64,000 nucleotides of DNA from an uncultured Alphaproteobacteria bacterium (GCA_902561355.1 CACEPG010000003.1:16753-80752), one strand, 5' to 3'; positions 1-10,492 are shown, counted from the stretch's first letter. A program made the numbers and translations. Notes: generated from the sequence alone by a model not told the origin.

Positions 1-2
1 AT

Positions 3-449
3 CTTAAAGGTTTAATTATTACAACTGGGCCTGGTTCTTATACTTCACTGCGTGTAGGAGCAGCGTTTATAGCTGGTTTGCAATATTCTAAAGATATTAA
101 AACAGCATCAGTTTCTTCTGAAATAATAAGTAAATTACTTATATCTGATAATAACAAAATTAATGAATTAGTTTATATAAATTCTGCTAATTCTCAAAAT
201 TTCATTTCATTACAAAATAACAAAAATATTTTTACTCATTATAAAATAGATAATGAATATGCCAATTTACCAAAAGAAGTTAAAAAAATATATTTCAACG
301 AAAAACCTCTAAAAAATCATTTAAATAATATTAAATATGAAAAATTTAATTTAAATAGCCTTGTTGTAAAAAACTTAAATAAAATAAATTTTAGTAATAA
401 AAATTTAATTAAACCTATTTACATATCTAATAACAAATTATTGAATTGA
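3..449 (+). CDS. tsaB: tRNA threonylcarbamoyladenosine biosynthesis protein TsaB (5'-truncated by window edge)
   Basis: Frame is open from nt 3 (LKGLIITTGPGSYTSLRVGAAFIAGL) and runs into the 78..449 ORF; GPGS(F/Y)TxLR is the TsaB motif; tsaB-rimI-miaB order. Confidence 0.85.
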   Translation, partial: LKGLIITTGPGSYTSLRVGAAFIAGLQYSKDIKTASVSSEIISKLLISDNNKINELVYINSANSQNFISLQNNKNIFTHYKIDNEYANLPKEVKKIYFNEKPLKNHLNNIKYEKFNLNSLVVKNLNKINFSNKNLIKPIYISNNKLLN

Positions 450-922
450 TAAAAATTAAAAAATTAAAACAAATAGATTTGAAATCTTGTCTAAATTTAG
501 TTCACAATGAAAAAGACAATTTTATTGATTTAAAATTTATCGGATGGAGTAAAAAACAAATTACATCCCAATTTAGTAAAAGCATTGATTACTCCTTAGG
601 GATTTATAAAGATAATAATTTAATATCATTTATGCTTGGTGATTTAATTAGTATTGAAAAAGATGCAGAATATGAGATATTAGTATTATATGTTAAAAAA
701 TCTGAACGAAGAGAAGGTTTTGCCTCAAAACTATTAAAATATATAGAAAAACAAAAAAAAAACTTAAACTTAAAAAAAATTTATCTTGAAGTCTCAAAAA
801 ATAATAATAATGCAATATATCTTTATAAAAAAAATAAATATAACTTGATAAATATTCGAAAAAATTATTATTTAATCAAAAATAAAAAAATTGATTCTCT
901 CTGTTATGCAAAATTATTATGA
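446..922 (+). CDS. rimI: RimI-like GNAT N-acetyltransferase
   Basis: GNAT motif RREGFASKLL, YLEVSKNN..AIYLYKK, RKNYY; lies between tsaB and miaB. Confidence 0.8.
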   Translation: MIKIKKLKQIDLKSCLNLVHNEKDNFIDLKFIGWSKKQITSQFSKSIDYSLGIYKDNNLISFMLGDLISIEKDAEYEILVLYVKKSERREGFASKLLKYIEKQKKNLNLKKIYLEVSKNNNNAIYLYKKNKYNLINIRKNYYLIKNKKIDSLCYAKLL

Positions 923-2241
923 ATGATAATTTAAAAGAAAACAAAAATATTTTTATAAAATCATATGGCTGCCAAATGAATGTGTATGATTCGAATAGAA
1001 TAAAAGATCTTTTTGAAAATAAAGGTTATAAAATTGTAAATAAAATAGAAGATGCTAATTTAGCTGTATTAAATACCTGTCATATAAGAGAAAAAGCTGC
1101 TGAAAAGGTTTATTCAGATATAGGTAGAATAAAAAAAATAAAAGAAAAAAAAACTGATAAAAATTTTAAATTAGTTGTTGCTGGATGCGTGGCTCAAGCA
1201 GAAGGTGAAGAAATACAAAAAAGATCACCTTTTGTAGATTTTGTAGTGGGACCGCAATCATATCATAAACTTCCTGATATGATTGATCATTCATCAACAA
1301 AAATTAATGATGAATTTTTGCAAAACGAAAAATTTAAGAATCTTTTATTTAAATCATCAAATAATGTTTCAGAGTTTGTATCCATACAAGAAGGTTGTGA
1401 TAAATTTTGTTCATTTTGTGTAGTGCCTTACACTAGAGGTGCTGAATTTTCTAGACCAGTAGAAGATGTATTAAATGAAATTAAAAATTATTCATCTAAT
1501 AAAATAAAGGAAATTATTTTATTAGGTCAAAATGTAAATGCTTATCATGGCAAAGGGAATGATGGGAAAACTAAAGATCTAGCATACTTAATTAATAAAA
1601 TAAGTGAAATTGATCAAATTAAAAGAATTAGATATATGACATCTCATCCTATAGATATGTCAGACACACTTATTGCCATACATGGTCAAAATCCAAAATT
1701 AATGCCTTTTTTGCATTTACCAATTCAATCGGGATCAGATAAAATTTTAAAATTGATGAATAGAAAACATACAGTTGATGAATATATTGATGTAATTAAT
1801 AAAATAAAAGCATCAAGATCAGACATTGCTCTTTCCTCTGACTTTATAGTAGGTTTTCCTGGTGAAACTGATGAAGATTTTGAAAATACAATGCGTTTTG
1901 TAGAAAAAATCAAATTTGTAATAGCTTATTCATTTATGTATAGTCCTCGACCAGGAACTCCTTCTCAGAAAAAAGATAATATTGATATTACTACAAAAAA
2001 AGCAAGATTGTCAGCTTTGCAGTCATTGCTTAAGCAACAACAAGTAAAGTTTAATAAGTCATTTGTGGATCATGAAATGGAAATTCTTTTTGAAAAAACA
2101 GGAAGGCATGAAAATCAATATGTTGGAAGAACAATTTATAATCAAAGCGCATTCATTTCACATTCTAATAATTTGATTAATAAAATAATTAAAGTGAAAG
2201 TTTCTAGATCAACAGATTTTGCACTAGAATGTCAATTATGA
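919..2241 (+). CDS. miaB: tRNA-2-methylthio-N6-dimethylallyladenosine synthase MiaB
   Basis: SYGCQMN, LNTCHIREKA, radical-SAM CDKFCSFC, C-terminal TRAM-like region. Confidence 0.97.
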   Translation: MNDNLKENKNIFIKSYGCQMNVYDSNRIKDLFENKGYKIVNKIEDANLAVLNTCHIREKAAEKVYSDIGRIKKIKEKKTDKNFKLVVAGCVAQAEGEEIQKRSPFVDFVVGPQSYHKLPDMIDHSSTKINDEFLQNEKFKNLLFKSSNNVSEFVSIQEGCDKFCSFCVVPYTRGAEFSRPVEDVLNEIKNYSSNKIKEIILLGQNVNAYHGKGNDGKTKDLAYLINKISEIDQIKRIRYMTSHPIDMSDTLIAIHGQNPKLMPFLHLPIQSGSDKILKLMNRKHTVDEYIDVINKIKASRSDIALSSDFIVGFPGETDEDFENTMRFVEKIKFVIAYSFMYSPRPGTPSQKKDNIDITTKKARLSALQSLLKQQQVKFNKSFVDHEMEILFEKTGRHENQYVGRTIYNQSAFISHSNNLINKIIKVKVSRSTDFALECQL

Positions 2242-3179
2242 ATCAAGCAATTCACTCACTTAATATAGAATTTAATGATAATAATATTTTAACTAGTCTC
2301 TTTGGTGTAAATGATAAAAATATACAAACTTTAGAAAAAATAAATAATGTAAAGATACAGTATAGAGGAAATAAAGTTAAAATTGTTGGATCAAAAAAAT
2401 CAATAAATGAAACAAAAAAAGAATTAGTAAGTTTATTTAAAGAAGCTAAAAAAGGAATTGAAATTGATGAAGATAAAATTAAAGAAACAAAAAGTATGAT
2501 AAGTCTTGAAATAAATGATGATAAGAAAATTGATCTTTTTTTTCAAACAAAAAAAAGAAAAATTATACCACGTTCTAAAAATCAAAAATTATATTTTGAA
2601 CTATTAAATAATAAAGATATAGTTTTTGCTGTTGGACCTGCAGGAACGGGTAAAACATTTATTGCTGTAGCAAAAGCAGTAACATCCCTGCAAGAAGGAA
2701 AAGTTAAAAAAATTATCTTGTCAAGACCTGCAGTTGAGGCGGGCGAAAAGCTCGGATTTTTACCTGGAGATCTTAAAGAAAAAGTAGATCCTTTTTTAAG
2801 GCCTATATATGATGCTTTGTATGAAATGTTACCATATGATCAAGTTGAAAAAAAAATTAACAACAACATTATTGAAATCGCACCAATAGCTTTTATGAGA
2901 GGAAGAACCCTTGAAGATTGTTTTGTTATTCTTGATGAAGCTCAAAATACAACCAAAATTCAAATGAAAATGTTTTTAACTAGATTAGGACGCAATAGTC
3001 AAATGGTTGTAGTTGGAGATAAAACACAAATTGATCTTATTTCAAAAAATGAATCTGGTCTAATAGATGCATCCTCTAGATTAAAAACTTTAGATGATGT
3101 TGGTTTTATAAATTTAAAAGAAGAAGATGTAGTCAGGCACGATTTAGTTAGAAATATAATTAAAGCTTATGAAAAATAA
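2238..3179 (+). CDS. phoH: PhoH-family ATPase (YbeZ)
   Basis: GPAGTGKT, RPAVEAGEKLGFLPGD, FMRGRTL, DEAQN; ATG 2238 overlaps the miaB stop (ATGA). Confidence 0.95.
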   Translation: MNQAIHSLNIEFNDNNILTSLFGVNDKNIQTLEKINNVKIQYRGNKVKIVGSKKSINETKKELVSLFKEAKKGIEIDEDKIKETKSMISLEINDDKKIDLFFQTKKRKIIPRSKNQKLYFELLNNKDIVFAVGPAGTGKTFIAVAKAVTSLQEGKVKKIILSRPAVEAGEKLGFLPGDLKEKVDPFLRPIYDALYEMLPYDQVEKKINNNIIEIAPIAFMRGRTLEDCFVILDEAQNTTKIQMKMFLTRLGRNSQMVVVGDKTQIDLISKNESGLIDASSRLKTLDDVGFINLKEEDVVRHDLVRNIIKAYEK

Positions 3180-3186
3180 TAAATAA

Positions 3187-3648
3187 ATGATTGTAAGCCG
3201 ATATTATTGTAATTCAAATCACTGGCCTCGTAGAATTAGTAAAATTAAAAAAATATATAATAAAACTATTAAGCAAAAAGATTTAAATTTTAAAAAAAAC
3301 TATAACTATTTTTTAAATCTTGTACTAACCAATGATAAAGAAATAAAAAAATTAAATTTTAAATATAATAATAAAAAAAAACCAACTGATGTTTTGACTT
3401 TTGTTTCAAAAGTTAAAAATAAACATTTGGGTAAGGATGCTTTTTGTGATATTTTTTTTTCTGCTGAAACTTTACTTAAGGACTCTAAGAGAAATAAGAT
3501 AAATTTCTATGATCATTTTACCCATATTTTTGTTCATAGTTGTTTACATATTAATGGTTTTAGACATAATAAAACTAAGGATTTTGAAATAATGAAAAAT
3601 TTAGAAATTAGAATTTTAAAAAAACTAGGTATAAATAAACCTTATTAA
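3187..3648 (+). CDS. ybeY: rRNA maturation endoribonuclease YbeY
   Basis: KPTDVLTF and HSCLHINGFRH (H-x3-H-x5-H) motifs; phoH-ybeY-corC-lnt synteny. Confidence 0.92.
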   Translation: MIVSRYYCNSNHWPRRISKIKKIYNKTIKQKDLNFKKNYNYFLNLVLTNDKEIKKLNFKYNNKKKPTDVLTFVSKVKNKHLGKDAFCDIFFSAETLLKDSKRNKINFYDHFTHIFVHSCLHINGFRHNKTKDFEIMKNLEIRILKKLGINKPY

Positions 3649-3652
3649 TTTG

Positions 3653-4507
3653 ATGAAAAATTCCAATAATGACAAATCAAGCAGTTGGAAAAATTGGTTA
3701 ATTAAAAAACTGCTATCTAATAATTCTTCTAAAGAAGAAATTTTAAAATTTATAGCTACTGATGAAAAAGAAAAAAATAGTTATGAAGATTTTGATGATA
3801 ATAATGAAAAAAATTTAATTAAAAATATTCTTCAATTAAGTAAAAAAAGTGTTGATGATATTATGGTACCTAGAGGTGAAATTATATCTGTTGATAAAAA
3901 AAAATCTTATTCAGAAATTTTGGATCTGATAAAAAGTGAAGGACATTCTAGATTTCCTGTTTATAAAAACAATCTTGATAATATTGTTGGATTTTTTCAC
4001 ATAAAAGATTTCATAAATCTTAATAAAAATAATTTTGATATTAATTTAATATTGAGAGACGTATTATATGTAGCTCCAAAATCTCCTATATTAGATCTTT
4101 TGAAAAGAATGCGATCATCAAGGATTCATATGAGTCTTGTTGTAGATGGGGTTGGTGGTGTTGATGGATTAGTAACAATTGAAGATTTAGTAGAGGAGAT
4201 TGTTGGAGAAATTGAAGATGAGCATGATGCAGAAGATATCGATGAGTTAATATTTAAAAAAGAAAAAAATTTACTAGAGGTTGATGCATCTTATAAAATT
4301 GATGAACTTGAGAAATATTTTAATATTAGCTTAGATATCGCTGATGAAGAAGAGATAGATACAGTGGGTGGATTAGTATTTGCAAAAATAAATAGAATAC
4401 CTAAAAACGATGAATCTTTTAAAATTGATAATCTGATTAATTTAAAAATTATTAAAGCTAATGAAAGAAAAATATTAATAGTTCAAATTAGAAAATTAGA
4501 TAATTGA
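3653..4507 (+). CDS. corC: CBS/CorC-HlyC domain protein (YbeX/CorC)
   Basis: DIMVPR, GHSRFPVY, GLVTIEDLVEEIVGEIEDEHD, DTVGGLV. Confidence 0.9.
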   Translation: MKNSNNDKSSSWKNWLIKKLLSNNSSKEEILKFIATDEKEKNSYEDFDDNNEKNLIKNILQLSKKSVDDIMVPRGEIISVDKKKSYSEILDLIKSEGHSRFPVYKNNLDNIVGFFHIKDFINLNKNNFDINLILRDVLYVAPKSPILDLLKRMRSSRIHMSLVVDGVGGVDGLVTIEDLVEEIVGEIEDEHDAEDIDELIFKKEKNLLEVDASYKIDELEKYFNISLDIADEEEIDTVGGLVFAKINRIPKNDESFKIDNLINLKIIKANERKILIVQIRKLDN

Positions 4508-5967
4508 TTTTAATTAAGTTTTTATTTTTAGGTATTTTAACAGCTTTTTTGTTTCCCCCATATATGATGTTGCCATTAGGTTTAATCATATTTCCATATC
4601 TTAATATTCAATTAAATAAAATAAAAAAAAATAAAGATAAAAAGAATTTTTTTATATATGGATTTTTATTTGGTTTAGGTTTTTTTAATTTTTTATTTAT
4701 ATGGTTGATTAACCCTTTTTTAGTTTATGAAGAAACAAAACCTTATTTTTTATTTTCTTTTTTATTTCCTTTATTTTTGTCAGTAATTTTAGGATTTTAT
4801 TTTATTTTTTTTAAATATATAAGAGATTATTTATCATCAATAATTTTTATTCCTATAATTTTTGTATTTTTTGAAATCTTAGTCTCAAACTTGTTTTATA
4901 GTTTTCCATGGACAATCTTTTCATTAATTGTATCAAATAATTTTTTAGGACTACTTTTAATTAAATATTTTGGAACACATTTTACAAGTTTTATAGTTAT
5001 TTCTTTTTTTATGTTACCTTCATTATTTATTTATAGAAAAAAAATAAAACTTTATTCAAAAATAATTATTTTTATATTTATTTTTTCTATATCTTTGTTT
5101 GTACTCTTAATTAACTATTTTTCTTATAATAATAAAAATTATGAAAAAAATTTATCTTTCGAATTGTTTCAAATGAACAATGAAATAAAAAAATTAAATT
5201 CTAATGATTCAGAAAAAATTTATCAATCTATAATTAAAAATATCAGACAATCAAATTCAGAGGTTTTAATCTTTTCTGAAAACAATTACCCGTATTTAGT
5301 TAGAAATCTTAATGATTTAGGGCTTAATTCATTTTTAAAATATAATCAAAAACTTGTTATCGGAGCGACAAGACATGAAGAAGGGAAGTACTTTAATTCT
5401 TTGCTGGTATTAGATAAAAATAAAACTAATTTTTTTGATAAAAAAATACTTGTTCCTTTTGGTGAATTTCTACCATTAAGAAAACACCTAAGTTTTATGG
5501 AAGCAATTTCTGGGTCACAAGATTTCTCATCAGGTTCTCAAAATAGAATTTTAGATTTAAATGATAAAATTAGTTTCATACCAATAATTTGTTATGAAAT
5601 AATTTTTTTCTGGAAACTTATAGATACTACAAATTATAATGCTGATATTTTAATTAATATAACAAACGATAGTTGGTTTGGACAAAAAATTGGACCATAT
5701 CAACATTTTTATTTATCAAAGATTAAAGCTGCTGAATTTAATAAAATGCTTATTAGAGTTTCAAACAATGGAATTACAGCAATTATTGATAATAAAGGTA
5801 ACTTATTACAATCCACAAATTTGAATCAAATGCAAAAGATAAAAGGTAATTTAAGTATCAAAAATAATACTAATTATGTTAAATTTCATAAATATTTTAA
5901 TTTTATTTTATTAATATTTTTCTTTTTACAAATTTTTCTAATTTTTAATAAAAAAAATGCAAAGTAA
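4504..5967 (+). CDS. lnt: Apolipoprotein N-acyltransferase
   Basis: Hydrophobic N-terminus; nitrilase triad FSE / KKILVPFGEFLP / ICYE; NDSWFG, RVSNNGIT. Confidence 0.93.
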   Translation: MILIKFLFLGILTAFLFPPYMMLPLGLIIFPYLNIQLNKIKKNKDKKNFFIYGFLFGLGFFNFLFIWLINPFLVYEETKPYFLFSFLFPLFLSVILGFYFIFFKYIRDYLSSIIFIPIIFVFFEILVSNLFYSFPWTIFSLIVSNNFLGLLLIKYFGTHFTSFIVISFFMLPSLFIYRKKIKLYSKIIIFIFIFSISLFVLLINYFSYNNKNYEKNLSFELFQMNNEIKKLNSNDSEKIYQSIIKNIRQSNSEVLIFSENNYPYLVRNLNDLGLNSFLKYNQKLVIGATRHEEGKYFNSLLVLDKNKTNFFDKKILVPFGEFLPLRKHLSFMEAISGSQDFSSGSQNRILDLNDKISFIPIICYEIIFFWKLIDTTNYNADILINITNDSWFGQKIGPYQHFYLSKIKAAEFNKMLIRVSNNGITAIIDNKGNLLQSTNLNQMQKIKGNLSIKNNTNYVKFHKYFNFILLIFFFLQIFLIFNKKNAK

Positions 5968-6616
5968 AGATTTTATTTATAGATTGTATGGAAGATCAAG
6001 ATTGAGAAGCAAAAAAAATATAGATTATAATAAAAGCAAAAATTTTATTGACAAATTTTCAATTCAAAATCTTAAAATAAATAAAAATAATATTTTAGAC
6101 ATTGGCTCAGGTTATGGTGAAAACTCTATTCTTTTAGCTAACCAGTCTAAAGATTCAATAGTTATTGCTTGTGATAATTTTTTTGATGGTAATTTTAAAC
6201 TTGCTAAAATGGCTCAGGAACAAAATATGAATAATTTGTATATTCATAATGGCAATGTTCATGAATTTTTAGATAAATTAGATCAAAATTTGTATTTTAA
6301 CTCGGTATGGATTCTTTTCCCAGATCCTTGGCCAAAAAAAAAACATTTTAAGAGAAGATTAATTAATAAGCTGTTTTTTGAAAAAATTTATAATTTTTTG
6401 AAAAAGAATGCATATATATATATTGCTACTGATTCTAAATCATATTTAAAAGAAATATTATTTCTAATTTTTAAAATAAAAAATCAGTTTATTTGGGAAA
6501 ATCAAAAAAAAATCGACTGGGATTATAAAAATGCATCTTTTGTTCAAACTAAGTACTTCAAAAAAGCTATAAAAAAGGGCTCTAATCCTTTTTTTATAAA
6601 ATTGAGAAAATTATAA
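5957..6616 (+). CDS. trmB: tRNA (guanine-N7)-methyltransferase TrmB
   Basis: LDIGSGYG, FPDPWPKKKHFKRRL, IATD, TKY motifs. Confidence 0.92.
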   Translation: MQSKDFIYRLYGRSRLRSKKNIDYNKSKNFIDKFSIQNLKINKNNILDIGSGYGENSILLANQSKDSIVIACDNFFDGNFKLAKMAQEQNMNNLYIHNGNVHEFLDKLDQNLYFNSVWILFPDPWPKKKHFKRRLINKLFFEKIYNFLKKNAYIYIATDSKSYLKEILFLIFKIKNQFIWENQKKIDWDYKNASFVQTKYFKKAIKKGSNPFFIKLRKL

Positions 6617-6618
6617 GC

Positions 6619-6647
6619 TTGAGTTTTTCTTAGATTTTTAATATAGA
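6619..6647 (+). promoter_or_regulatory. Putative sigma70 promoter of the nusA operon
   Basis: TTGAGT-N17-TATAGA, matching the alphaproteobacterial housekeeping promoter type, about 60 nt upstream of the nusA ATG. Confidence 0.55.
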
Positions 6648-6669
6648 CCTTTAAAATTTGGATAATTTC

Positions 6670-6696
6670 AAAGGTGGGATTTCCCGCCTTTTTTTT
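6670..6696 (+). terminator. Intrinsic terminator/attenuator hairpin in the nusA leader
   Basis: AAAGGTGGGA-TT-TCCCGCCTTT stem (one G:U pair) followed by a T run; GC-rich in an AT-rich background. Confidence 0.75.
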
Positions 6697-6706
6697 GGTA
6701 AAATTT

Positions 6707-8239
6707 ATGGCAAAACAAAAAATTAAAGTAATTAGAGAAGATATGCTTCAAGTTGCTAATAATGTAGCACAAGAAAAAAACATTGATGAAAATTCTGTAT
6801 TTGAGGCAATGGAACAAGCTTTAGAAAAATCTGCAAGAGTAAAATACGGTCTTGAAAGAGACATACGTGTAAATATAAATAGATCTACTGGAGACATTAA
6901 CTTGAGTTCTTATCTTGAGGTTGTAGAGACCCTTTCAGAAGAAGAGCAAGCAAAGCAAATATTATTAAATGAAGCAAAAAAAATTAATCCAGATATTAAA
7001 ATAGGAGAATTTATTGTTAAAGAACTTCCTCCTATTGAACTAGGAAGAGTGGCAGCTCAAAATGCTAAAGGTGTAATAATTCAAAAAGTAAGAGAAGCAG
7101 ATAAATCAAAGCAATATAATGAATATAAAGATAAAATAGGAGAGATTGCAATAGGAATAGTGAAGCGTGTTGAGTTTGGTAATTTAATTGTTGATTTAGG
7201 AAAAAGTGAAGCAATTATAAAAAGAGAAGAATTAATTCCTAGAGAAACATTTAAAAATGGTGACAGAGTTCGAGCTTATATTTATGAAGTAAAAAATGAT
7301 GTTAAAGGTTACCAAGTATTTTTATCAAGAAGTCACCCACAATTTTTAGCAAAATTATTTTATCAAGAAGTACCTGAAATTTTTGAAGGAGTAATAGAAG
7401 TAAAAAGTGTTGCAAGAGATCCTGGCTCTAGAGCAAAAATAAGTGTTTATACTGAGGACTCAACTATAGATCCGGTTGGAGCCTGTGTTGGAATGAGAGG
7501 TTCTAGGGTTCAAGCAGTAGTTAATGAACTTCAAGGAGAAAAAATTGATATTGTAACATGGTCTGATAATCAAGCTACTTTTCTTGCTAATGCTTTAGCG
7601 CCAGCTGAAGTAAGTAAAATTTTTTTATATGAAGAAAAAAATAAAGTAGAAGTTGTGATTCCTGATGAACAGCTTAGCCTTGCAATAGGTCGAAAAGGAC
7701 AAAATGTTAAATTAGCGTCTAATTTAACAAATTTAGAAATAGATATTTTAACTGAAGAAGAAGAATCAGAAAGAAGACAAGTTGAATTCAAAGAAAAAAG
7801 CTCATTATTAACTGAGGTTTTAGATGTTGAAGATGTAATTGCTCAATTATTAGTAACAGAAGGTTATGTCTCAGTTGATTCTATAGCATCAGAAACTCTT
7901 GAAAACATTGAAAAAATAGAGGGTTTTGATAATGATTTAGCTACTGAAATTCTTTCAAGATCAAAAAATTATATGAAAGATTTAAATGAACAAAATCAAA
8001 AAATAGTTGATGAAAATATTTTAGATGAGGATTTAAAAAATCTTAAAGGTATGACAATACAAATGTTAGCACTTTTAGCCAAAGAAAATATTTTAACTTT
8101 AAATGATTTTGCTGAACTAGCTTCTTTTGAGTTAATAGATAAAGAAGAAGGTATATTTAAAAAACTAGATCTTGATGAAAAATTGGTAAATGAAATGATT
8201 ATGCAGGCTAGAGAAAAATGGTTTGTTGAAGATAAATAA
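6707..8239 (+). CDS. nusA: Transcription termination/antitermination factor NusA
   Basis: ARDPGSRAK, GACVGMRGSRV, LSLAIGRKGQNV; ATG 6707 preferred over GTG 6674, which lies inside the hairpin. Confidence 0.97.
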   Translation: MAKQKIKVIREDMLQVANNVAQEKNIDENSVFEAMEQALEKSARVKYGLERDIRVNINRSTGDINLSSYLEVVETLSEEEQAKQILLNEAKKINPDIKIGEFIVKELPPIELGRVAAQNAKGVIIQKVREADKSKQYNEYKDKIGEIAIGIVKRVEFGNLIVDLGKSEAIIKREELIPRETFKNGDRVRAYIYEVKNDVKGYQVFLSRSHPQFLAKLFYQEVPEIFEGVIEVKSVARDPGSRAKISVYTEDSTIDPVGACVGMRGSRVQAVVNELQGEKIDIVTWSDNQATFLANALAPAEVSKIFLYEEKNKVEVVIPDEQLSLAIGRKGQNVKLASNLTNLEIDILTEEEESERRQVEFKEKSSLLTEVLDVEDVIAQLLVTEGYVSVDSIASETLENIEKIEGFDNDLATEILSRSKNYMKDLNEQNQKIVDENILDEDLKNLKGMTIQMLALLAKENILTLNDFAELASFELIDKEEGIFKKLDLDEKLVNEMIMQAREKWFVEDK

Positions 8240-8254
8240 TTTTAAGGACTAAAA

Positions 8255-10486
8255 TTGGATAACAAAAAAGATAATAAAAAAAAACCTTTGAAGCTTTCTT
8301 CTTCAGGAAGATTACAAATTAGAAAAAATTTAGGACCTGCAGGAGAAAATTCAAGATCACAAGGTAATAAAAAAACTATTCAAATAGTTTTTAGGAATAA
8401 AAATAACCAACAAAAAAGTTCTTCAACTGCTAAATCAAATTTTAGAGGATCTTCTTCTTTTAGATCTCCAACTCCGCAAGCAGGAACCAATTTCAGTCCA
8501 TTAAATAAAAACAAATCTTTTGAGAATAAAAATAAAAAAACTTCAGAAATTAAAAAAAATCAACCTAAAAAATCAACATTAAAACCAAATCAAGATGATT
8601 TTAGTAAAACTGACGCAAAAAAAATATTAGAACAGGAAGAACAGGAATACGATAGATTTCCAAGTTTAGCTAAATTGAAGCGAGCTAGAGAAAAAGAAAA
8701 ATTACAATCTCAAGATAAAGATGATGAAGTAAAAATATCTAGAGAAGTATCAATACCTGAAATAATAACAGTTCAAGATCTTGCTAACAGAATGGCTGAA
8801 AAAACAGCGGATGTTGTTAAAACACTTATGAAGATAGGAGTTATGGCAAATGCAACCCAATCACTAGAAGCAGACACTGCTGAATTGGTAGTTCAAGAAT
8901 TAGGACATAAAGCAACTAGAGTTAAAGAAGATGATATATTAAAAGAAATTGAAGATTATCAAGATTCAGAGGATTCTCTAAAGACTCGCGCCCCAGTTGT
9001 AACTATTATGGGTCATGTAGATCATGGCAAAACTAGTATTCTAGATGCATTTAGAAGTTCTAATGTTGTTAGTGGAGAATCTGGTGGTATTACTCAACAT
9101 ATTGGAGCATATCAAATAAACAATAATGAAAAAAAAATAACTTTTATTGATACTCCTGGCCATGCTGCTTTTTCTAATATGAGAGCAAGGGGAGCAAAAA
9201 CTACTGATATAATTATATTAGTAGTTGCTGCAGATGATAGTTTAAAACCACAAACTGTTGAGTCTATTGCACATGCAAAGGCTGCAAAAGTACCAATAAT
9301 TGTAGCTATAAATAAAATTGATTTACCAGCAGCTGATCCTGATAAAGTTAGAAATGATTTGTTATCTCAAGAAATTATTGTTGAAAAATTGAGTGGAGAA
9401 GTTTTAGATGTCGAAGTATCAGCAACTAAAAAGACAAATCTAGATAAATTAGAAGAAGCAATTCATTTGCAAGCTGATATTTTAAATTTAAAAGCTAATC
9501 CAAATAGATCAGCAAGAGGATCTATAATTGAATCAAAACTTGAAAAAGGAAGAGGTTCTGTTGCAACTGTGTTAGTTCAAAAAGGTACTTTAAAAGTTAG
9601 TGATATTTTTGTATCTGGTTCAGAATGGGGAAAAGTTAAGGCTTTAATAAATGATCAGGGGGAAACTATCAAAGAAGCAACACCTTCAATGCCTGTAGAA
9701 GTTCTAGGTTTTGATTCTAATCCACTCGCAGGTGATGATTTTGTTGTAGTCGAATCAGAGGCAGTAGCTAGAAAAATTGCAGAATATAGATTTAATAAAC
9801 TTCAAATTCAAAAAAACAAAGTCATAAAAACAAATGTTGAAGAAATGTTTCAAGAAATTAATGAAGGAAAAATAACTGCTTTGCCTATTATAATTAAGGC
9901 CGATGTTCAAGGTTCAGCTGAAGCGATTGAAAATTCAGTAATACAATTGTCAACAGAAGAAGTAAAAGTAACTGTTATTCATAAAGGTGTTGGAGCAATA
10001 ACTGAGAGTGATGTAGCTTTGGCTAACTCAGGCAAGGGCTTTATTGTTGGTTTCAACGTTAGAGCTTTGCCACATGCAAGGGATGCTGCAAAAAGAGATG
10101 GCGTCGATATGAAATATTATTCGATAATATATGAACTAATAGACGATATTAAAAATTTATTATCTGGGTTATTAAAACCTGATATTTCTGAAAAAATAAC
10201 AGGAAATGTAGAAATAAGGGAAGTATTTAGTATATCAAAAATTGGAAATATTGCAGGATGTATGGTTAAAGAAGGTGTAATTAGTAGAAAATCAAAGATA
10301 AGATTAATTCGTGACAATGTTGTAATTCATACAGGCTTAATTTCAAGTTTAAAAAGATTTAAAGAAGAAGTCAGTGAAGTTAAAAATGGTTTTGAATGTG
10401 GGGTAATGTTAGAAAATTATTCCGATATAAAAATAGGTGATATTTTAGAAACTTTTGAAGAAATAAAAACAAATAGAGAACTATAA
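8255..10486 (+). CDS. infB: Translation initiation factor IF-2
   Basis: MGHVDHGKTS, GGITQHIGAY, DTPGHAAF, NKID; TTG start preceded by AAGGA. Confidence 0.98.
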   Translation: MDNKKDNKKKPLKLSSSGRLQIRKNLGPAGENSRSQGNKKTIQIVFRNKNNQQKSSSTAKSNFRGSSSFRSPTPQAGTNFSPLNKNKSFENKNKKTSEIKKNQPKKSTLKPNQDDFSKTDAKKILEQEEQEYDRFPSLAKLKRAREKEKLQSQDKDDEVKISREVSIPEIITVQDLANRMAEKTADVVKTLMKIGVMANATQSLEADTAELVVQELGHKATRVKEDDILKEIEDYQDSEDSLKTRAPVVTIMGHVDHGKTSILDAFRSSNVVSGESGGITQHIGAYQINNNEKKITFIDTPGHAAFSNMRARGAKTTDIIILVVAADDSLKPQTVESIAHAKAAKVPIIVAINKIDLPAADPDKVRNDLLSQEIIVEKLSGEVLDVEVSATKKTNLDKLEEAIHLQADILNLKANPNRSARGSIIESKLEKGRGSVATVLVQKGTLKVSDIFVSGSEWGKVKALINDQGETIKEATPSMPVEVLGFDSNPLAGDDFVVVESEAVARKIAEYRFNKLQIQKNKVIKTNVEEMFQEINEGKITALPIIIKADVQGSAEAIENSVIQLSTEEVKVTVIHKGVGAITESDVALANSGKGFIVGFNVRALPHARDAAKRDGVDMKYYSIIYELIDDIKNLLSGLLKPDISEKITGNVEIREVFSISKIGNIAGCMVKEGVISRKSKIRLIRDNVVIHTGLISSLKRFKEEVSEVKNGFECGVMLENYSDIKIGDILETFEEIKTNREL

Positions 10487-10492
10487 AAAAAA

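Noticed and set aside
6674-6706. Extended nusA N-terminus from GTG 6674 (also the extended starts at 14113, 31578, 39397, 53458 and 59971)
   Set aside because: Longest-ORF artefacts that run through the hairpin or overlap neighbours; downstream starts fit better
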